From Geosiphon pyriformis uo1 (lineage: Eukaryota > Fungi > Glomeromycota): 26,018 nt of DNA. Below the pieces are notes generated by a model that saw only the letters and a list, made by a program, of their open reading frames with translations, was not told the DNA's origin and did not search any database. Below, in pieces: positions 18,400-26,018 of this stretch; the stretch's first letter is position 1, and every line of letters begins with the position of its first letter. The translations under genes were made by a program, and so were the position numbers. Location: positions 49,999 through 76,016 of the forward strand of contig JAAOMT010000284.1 of the NCBI GenBank assembly GCA_016748015.1, read 5' to 3'.

Positions 18400-20787
18400 A
18401 TAATTCTACAGAGAACTAGCATCAACAACACCAAACCAAAAGTGGCAGAATCAGAAAATATAGGAGCAAACCATTTAGGATTTGCAAAATCCTTATTTTA
18501 ACACTATTGTCAATACTTGGGATTAAACCACAATCATATATCCACCAAATCAGCCTTCAATTTCTATGTCAATGAAAAAATTTCTTTTTTATTAGGAACA
18601 CCAGTGAATACTGAATCAGCAAGGGAAACTTTCTATAAGTAATTAATTCAAAATACCAACCTGCCAACAAATCATAATTTCGCATTCATCATCACTGAGA
18701 TCAACAAAGAAATTGAACACCACACTCAACAAAGATATCCAATTACATACACTAGTAAAAGCAAGGGAAAATTACAAACACCAGCAGTAACACCCAAAAA
18801 GATACAACCACCCACTTGGAAGAAAACAAAAATTGAATCACTAACTGACTCATTCTATCATTACACACTGGGAAGCGTCATCAATATAACATCAACAAGC
18901 ACGTCCACTTCAAATGTGATATCAACATTTGGACAACTTCTATTCCAAAGTAAACAAAGAAAAACAAATCTATTAAGACCATATGGCGAATATTTTGAAG
19001 GATTTAATTCGCGATCATCAACCCTATCAGGACTTTGATCACCACCGCCTCCACCAGACTTTGGAATCTCTGATCCATGAGAAGCGTCAAAATCAAAAAA
19101 AGAGGAAGAAGAATCAGAGGATCAAGAATTCACTTACCAAAACCCAATCACTGAGAATCCGGAAGTTGAAACCCCGAATCTTCAAGCTCAGCAAAAATTA
19201 ACTATAGAAAATTCAGAAATCGGAACTCCGAATCAGCAAAGGCAGAACAATTCGAACCCCGAATTAATTAATCCGCAAAACTTACCTCCGGTAATTGTTA
19301 TCAATTAACTGCCAATTAATCCAGTAGCCGAACTTATACAACAGCCATTTCAATTATTACCCCAACAACCAGAACAACAACAACAACCATTTCAACAGCC
19401 ACCACAACAATTCAACTTAGATCCAATGGCCTATGCACCAATCGCAAAACTTGACAACTTTACCAGCGAAGAGAATGACGCTCAAGTATGGCTGAATAAT
19501 GTAGAAAAAGCCATCGCAGTTAACAGATGGAATAACACTAGAGCAATACAAGCCATTTCCTACTTTCTCAAGGATACCACCAATTTATGGTACCAGAACT
19601 TGATTAATAAACCATAAGATTTTAATGCCTTCAAAGCAGAATTTCTAAAATACTTCAGCAACAATAACAACATCAATTGCCTAGTCAATACATTCACCAC
19701 TATGAAACAAGGAGAAACTGAAGCAGTCACCACTTACCTGGGATGCTTCTATCGAAACCTATGCCAAATTCAAGCAATTAATGCCAACTATTTCACAGCA
19801 CCACAGATACTCAATCAGTTTATCTGGGGCTTGCGCAGCAGCATCTTGCAACATGTACGTCCATTGTATCTAGGTACCCTTTAAGACGCAGTTACACGTG
19901 CCAGAGATTTTGAATCCATAGAGTCCAAGGCTAACCATGCCCAAGCCATTAATCTAGTAATGAACAGATCATCTGAACTGGATTCCAAATTGGAAAAGAT
20001 CAGTGAATCAATTAATAAGAAATTGGAAGGATACTTAGCTGACAATCATGCCATCTATCAGCCTCCACAATGATGCAATAATCAAGAAAACTCTAATTGT
20101 GCTTAAATTCAACTACATCTATCTGCATCAACCAATCAACAATGGCAACAGAAAACACGTATCTGCCACTATTGTGGTAAACAAGAGCATATCCAAATGG
20201 ACTGTTGCCAGTGTTTAAATAACCAATGATTGGGAAATCAATCTCGAAACCCCAATTGCCGGTTCCAAATTCCAAATTATTATCCAAATCAAGATTAAGA
20301 CCAATATCAAAATAATTATCTGCCAATGATGCAGCAACCAATCTATCAACCACCAGTGTATCAACCTCCAATTTATCAGCTGCAGCCACAAGTAATATAT
20401 CAACTGCAGCCACAAATCATTTATCAACCCCAACCAATTCAAGCACCGCCCCAGAACCCAGCTCAAATAACATCAAGCAACTCTCAATCCAGAGTCACTC
20501 AAAACTGGAGATCAGCGATGGTTGTTCACCAACCGATCTCCAGTTTGCTAAATCCACCATCAGGATCACATACCTGGAATTTGGATACCAGTCGTGTACA
20601 AAACCCAAATTCCCAACACTATCTAAGTCTCCTGGTTAGCCCAGAAGATGCCATATCCAACAACACGGAATCCAATCAGCATGTGCCTACCAACACGATT
20701 CCATTGGCAACCATCTCTAGCAATGAATCCCTAGCAGCCATCTTTCCTTTTGAACTCGAAGAAAACACACCGATACAATTATTCAAT
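18397..20787 (+). pseudogene. gag: Element D ORF1: N-terminal domain, linker, Gag capsid, zinc knuckle, Q/P-rich spacer
   Basis: One frame from the PBS through MAYAPIAKLDNF (19426), KQGETEAVTTY, CHYCGKQEHIQMDC (20164-20205) and QPPIYQ repeats. Many in-frame stops. Confidence 0.9.
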
Positions 20788-21760
20788 ATGAAAAATTTGT
20801 TAAAAACGTTTCTTTTTTATTATTAAAAAACTACAGTTAATTTTTGTTAAACACTTGATAGATTTTTTATTATCTGATATACCACAAAAAATTGTTGAAA
20901 ATATTTTTCTTTTATTATTTAAAAAATCATGATTAATTTTTGTTGAATATTTAATAAACTTTCAATTATCTAGTATATTATAAAAAATTTGTTTAAAACA
21001 TTTCTCTTTTATCATTTAAAAGATTATAGCCAACTTTTGTTGAACATCTAATAAATTTTTTATTATCTAATATATTTCAAAAAATTTGTTGAAAACATTT
21101 CTCTTTTATTGTTAAAAAAACTATAACCAACTTTTATTAAGCATTTAATAAATTTTTAATTATTTAATATGCTATAAAAAATTTATTAACAATATTTTTT
21201 TTCTATTATTTAGAAAATTACAACCAACTTTTATTAAGTATCTAATAAATTTTTTATTATTTGATATGCTGCAAAAGATTTGTTTAAAAGATTACAGCTA
21301 ACTTTTATTAAGCATTTAATAAATTTCTATTATCTAGTGTATTGCAAAAAATTTATTGAAAACATTTCTTTTTTATCATTTAAAAAACCACAGCCAACTT
21401 TTATTAAATACTTGATTGACTTTTAATTATTTAATAAGTTACAAAAAATTTGTTAAAAACATTTCTTTTCTATTGTTTAGAAGATTATGCCAATTTTTAT
21501 TAAGTATTTAATAGATCTTTTATTATCTGGTGTGTTGTAAAAAGTTTTTTGAAAACATTTTTTTTCTATTGTTTAAAAAACCACAGCCAACTTTTATTGA
21601 ACACCTGATAAATCTTTAATTATCTGGTGTATTATAAGAGATTTGTTGAAAACATTCTTTTCTTATTGTTTAGAAAACCACAATCAACTTTTGTTGAACA
21701 CTTAATAGACCTTTAAGAAGATTACAGCCAACTTTCATTGAAGATCTGATAGACCTTTCA
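20788..21760. repeat. ~97-bp minisatellite, about 10 degenerate copies
   Basis: Unit starts at about 20885, 20981, 21078, 21175, 21272, 21345 (24-bp deletion), 21442, 21538 and 21635. Recurrent motifs AAAAATTTGTTGAAAACATT and CAGCCAACTTTTATTRA. Confidence 0.9.
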
Positions 21761-22175
21761 GTAAAATTCACTTTAAAAAAGTTACATAGAAACAAAGAAA
21801 GAAAGTAAAAAGAAGGACAGGAAGAAAAAATCTAAGAACTTTTGTTGTAAATAAGTCATCTATAAAAAAAACAAGTATATATAAGTAATGTTACATAATA
21901 GAGTTTGTATTTGTGATTGTTTAAAAAAAAATTATGCATGCAACAAGTCCAAGATAATTATAGAAGTGATCCACAATAATCTTAAAAAATCCTTTTGAAA
22001 AAATCTTTTTTTTATTTTTTTTAACGTTTTAACTTTTAAACAAGTACAGTACCTAGTAAAACTCATCTTATATAAGAATAAAGAGAGAGAGCGAGAGAAA
22101 GAACAGGAAGAACCAAGGACTTTTGTTGTAAATAAGTAGTCATACCTCAAATCTTCAACCGAATACCTGGATTTC

Positions 22176-22544
22176 ATGGCTTCTTTTTCTTCCAGTAGAG
22201 TATCTCCTAAACCTTTATCTTTAAAGCCAGTTGTTTTTATTGACAACAGCAACTTTATTGAAATTGAGGCTCATTGTGTAAAATCAACAGCTGAGATTAA
22301 GCCATTGAAAGAATACAGGTAATATTTTATATCAAATTTTTTAATACATTAAATAACAGCAATTGAAAATTAAATATTGATGACTTTAGGAAAAAAAAGT
22401 CGGATGTTGAAGTGGATAGGTGAGTAGGAAGCAACAAGAAGCAACACCTTAATTTAAAGACCGAGAATTTGATACCAAAGAGAAAAAAAATACCTCTTAA
22501 TCATTCCTGGAAGCAAATAAAAAAAGAAAACTTGATGAGAAGGT
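22176..22544 (+). pseudogene. Possible decayed two-exon gene fragment of unknown identity
   Basis: ATG at 22176 is open to AG|GTAAT (22319), followed by a 71-nt AT-rich intron ending TTTAG (22389). The frame continues with one TGA. No recognisable domain. Confidence 0.3.
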
Positions 22545-22892
22545 TTAATCAAAATGAAAGGAACTGGTTAGCTTATTGGCGACTATAATCCACAATCTTG
22601 GCATTCTCAAAAAAAATATATATATAAAGAAGGAAGTATTATTTTTTCCCTTGGAGATGGTAAAGCTGAAAATGCTAAACTTAGCAAATTTATTAGCACA
22701 TAGGGACCCTCTTTTAGAAATGGCCATATTTGATTGTATAGTAATGATTTTAAAAATAGTCAAGGGTGCCTTTGTAGAAAGACACCACATTATGAGCATG
22801 CTATCATGCCTGGATTAGAAAATCAAGAGGTGAATTTCTTTTTCGAGGAGTATAAAGTTTTTCAAATTAAAAATTGGTATTATTCAATTTGA
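22545..22892 (+). pseudogene. TLDc domain, C-terminal half (BTB/TLDc-type gene fragment)
   Basis: Hand translation: LIKMKGTG*LIGDYNPQSWHSQ...SIIFSLGDG..AKLSKF...GPSF...NDF...YEHAIM...FFFEEYKVFQI. It matches the TLDc motifs GGYNP, FIFSL, GPxFG and EYEVF, with three in-frame stops. Confidence 0.8.
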
Positions 22893-23886
22893 TTAAACAT
22901 ATTCTGAAGACTATTATTTAAAAAATTTTCACTGGCAGAATATTCTACTACTTTGAGCTTCACAATAAAGTGAAAAGAATATAATTTAATCTATTTTAAA
23001 CATTGAAAATGCTTTGGAACTTAAAAGTTGTTTTTAAAAGAAAGTAATTTCTAAATTTTAGATTTTTATCACAGGCTAGGACCATAAAAAGTTTTTAGCT
23101 GAATAGCTTCAGAAATATAGATTTTAAATGCATAATTGCTTTTCCCGTTAATTGAAATTATAAATTTTAGCTGGTGTTTTATTTTTTACAGAGCATCGAA
23201 ATAAAACAATATAAATATCCAAAGTTGCAATCAAAATATAAATAATTTCTTTTAAATCCTATTTTTTAAAACGAAGATATTTTTTCATAATTCAAAATTA
23301 AATTTCTTATTATTTAGAATGGAAAACTTTCTTCTTGTTTTTTGAATTGAAATTGAATAATTCTATATTCTACAAAGTGTAACTTAAGTATTTTTTGCTC
23401 TTTTCACATAAAATTTTGAGTTTGCATTTTTAAAAAAATATTTCAATCAAATTTAAACTAATAAAGTTCTCAAAACTCGTAGGTTATCTAAAATATGTTT
23501 AATTAAAAGATTTGATTTTATATTTTATTATAATATTGAAGAAATTTTCTATTTTTATGACTAAAAAACAAAATATTTTTTTATACATTATATTCTGAGA
23601 TATGGAAGAAAAAAATTTTGATTTTAATAAAAAATAATATTACATAACCAAAGTTTGCTGAAATAATCAAATATTTAATTAAGAATTTATTGAAATATTA
23701 AATTTGATAATAAATAATTAAAAATTTTTTTAAAAATAATAAATAAATAAAAATAAATATAAATGAAAATATTAAAAAAATCGATAAATATATTAATATT
23801 TATATTTTAATTAAATAATAACAAATTATGTTTTAAAATTAAATAATTAGATAATTTTTAATAATAAAATTATATAAAAATTTTAC

Positions 23887-23900
23887 ATTATTATTATTAC

Positions 23901-23952
<52 letters not shown>

Positions 23953-23979
23953 TTAAAAATATTCAAAGTATTACTATTA

Positions 23980-24011
<32 letters not shown>
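23887..24011. repeat. (TTA)n microsatellite, two runs
   Basis: ~21 units at 23887-23950 and ~9 units at 23985-24011. Confidence 0.95.
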
Positions 24012-24012
<1 letters not shown>

Positions 24013-26018
24013 AAGAATTCTATGACTTAATTTAAAAGTTTGCATTAAAAATTGACATTAATTGTAAAACAACTTTTTGGTATTTTTACATTTCATTAAT
24101 CATATCTTTTCTTAATAATTTTAGCTAATATAAACCATGCTCTCAATACATTAAAATATTTCCTTTAACCCTATTTAGCAAATTAATTTCCGGATTTATT
24201 CTATTTTTTATATATGAGAAATGTTCCGATTTGAGAATTACCTTTTAAATGGGAAAAATTAAAGATAATTATTCAGAAATTTAATGTTAAGACCAATAAA
24301 AAAAGTGATTTGAAAAATTTACACACCAAAGCTGTGTAGCATTTTTCGTTACAATATTTTAAAGAGAATACCTTATCATATTGAAATTCAAGGCATGTGT
24401 TCCAAGGATAAAATTTTTAAGTATTTAAATATATAACTCGTTAAATAATTTAACGTTATACTCGGAATGATTATTAAGAGGGAGAATCAAGATATGTAAA
24501 ATTAGCTCGTTATTTCTACACGACATTATTTTTTGCTGCAATTTTTTTTTTTGAATGCTTATAACTTGTCGTTAAGAAATCTAACTTTTATAATATATAT
24601 AAAACCATAATAATTTATGTATGATTAAATCCAAATTTGATTTATATAAATTGATTAGAAGAATACTTTTATATTTTATGGCTCTTTAAAACTCAATTTT
24701 CAGTGATAGGGTAAGGCATAAGAGTCTTTAAGATAACAACTTATATTTGAAGTTTTTTTATCAGTTAACGGAAAACGCTAAAGCTTTTGATGTCGTTTTT
24801 TTTAAAAAAAAGTACCAATTTTCTCGATCACTTAAAACATAACATAAGATATATTTTATTCTCTATAATAGTTGAAAAATCAAAGGTTTTGCTATTTTTT
24901 TTGATTTATATTAAGAATATTTAGGCTAGTTATTAAATTTTTTTCACCCTAAAAAACAAAGGGATTTAAAATATCTTCTTAATTCATAAATTATTTGATT
25001 GAATTTTTAAACTTGTTTCTTTTTTGATATCTGTTATAACGGAATTCTGAATAGAATAGGTAGTTATATTATTGTAGAAAGCATCAGAATCTGATTAAAG
25101 TATATTTTTTTTAATTCTAAATCTTTAATTTAGGAAAAACATAATTGACCCAAAATTAGAGAAATGAATATCTGTTAAATCGACATTTTATTCGTTTTAT
25201 CCAGCAATATTAGTGGGTATTTATTCTTTTCTCATCTTTGCTTTGTTTTTGCCTTCACACCTAGATTGAATAATTACTACTAATCAATAAATTTTTCTTT
25301 CATCTTTGAAAACATGTAGAATAAGAAACTTTTGAAAATTGTTTAATAACTGTGATTGAGGAATAAATTTTAAATTCACTATTTTCCAAATTTCTAAAAG
25401 CAAAAAATACCATTATTACTGGCATAAAAATGAAGGTAAATTCATATATCTAGCCAAAAAAAAAAATTTACCATCAAAAGTTAGTGAACAATCTCATGAG
25501 CAACATTCATTGCGTAAACTAAATTTTTTTGACTTGAACTCACTAATTGATATGTATATACTAAACAATAACTAAAGATTTTTCGATTGACTACATTTTG
25601 TACTCGACTCAATCAATCTCTTTCATATCCCGGAGTCCCAACTCCGTTTTCCGATTGTTCATTTTTTAGAGAAATCTGAGCTTTCTGAATTGATAATACG
25701 GCCTTTAAAGTACCGTGATAACAGAACACAGTCCAACTTGTTAAACTTAGCATAACTTATTTAACTTTTAGGTGCTACTCTAGACCCAAAAAAAGCTATC
25801 TAATGAATTATATTCAGTCTTCACTTGCTTTTTGGATGGGGGGTTCTGTTCAGTGCATTTTACATAGTGTATCATGAGAGTAGAAAACTTAGATTTCCTA
25901 TTTATTAAAATTCATGTACAAGACTAAACATTTTGAATAAGATATTTCCATCTCTAAAACCTACATTAATTTATTTGTTTAATTTAAATGTTGGTTTTGC
26001 TCTTAGATTTCTAAATAG

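Larger units (their letters stand above)
17528..20787 (+). mobile_element. Ty3/Gypsy element D, 5' part (LTR, PBS, gag), truncated before the protease
   Basis: LTR TGTTAC...GTAACA, PBS, and gag homologous to element C. The sequence switches abruptly to minisatellite after AAIFPFELEENTPIQLF. Confidence 0.93.

Noticed and set aside
20788-21760. CRISPR-like or repeat-protein coding array
   Set aside because: Whole units are repeated without unique spacers, the 97-bp period is not a multiple of 3, and the context is eukaryotic.
22576-22818. ORFs 22576-22818 (+) and 22545-22799 (-) as genes
   Set aside because: They are alternative frames of the TLDc pseudogene.
22900-26018. Genes or RNA genes in the AT-rich tail
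   Set aside because: No ORF of 60 aa or more and no tRNA/rRNA signature seen. It looks intergenic, though short exons cannot be excluded.

Overview
AT-rich eukaryotic DNA, most likely a Glomeromycotina/Mucoromycota-type fungus. This is inferred from the TE protein types, a short GT..AG intron and a TLDc fragment. Bases 1-20,787 are a nest of decayed retroelements. Ty3/Gypsy element A (+, 1-4633, 3' half) is inserted into a minus-strand LINE RT fragment (4634-6627). Element B (-, 7003-7930) is a second copy of A's family. B is interrupted by a near-complete Gypsy element C (-, 7931-17527). C's 5' LTR is in turn interrupted by element D (+, 17528-~20787), which breaks off just before its protease. 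After that come a ~97-bp minisatellite (~20788-21760), a decayed TLDc-domain gene fragment (22545-22892) and AT-rich non-coding DNA with (TTA)n. No intact host gene is visible. The most interesting signal is an unusual architecture shared between these Gypsy families. In C it reads LTR-PBS-[unknown N-terminal domain-Gag-PR-Cys-rich insert-dUTPase-RT-RNaseH]STOP-[separate integrase ORF]STOP-[conserved ORF3 of unknown function]-PPT-LTR, and A, B and D each show the parts they retain. The LTRs also carry a conserved, apparently covarying RNA stem and a U5 segment complementary to the PBS.
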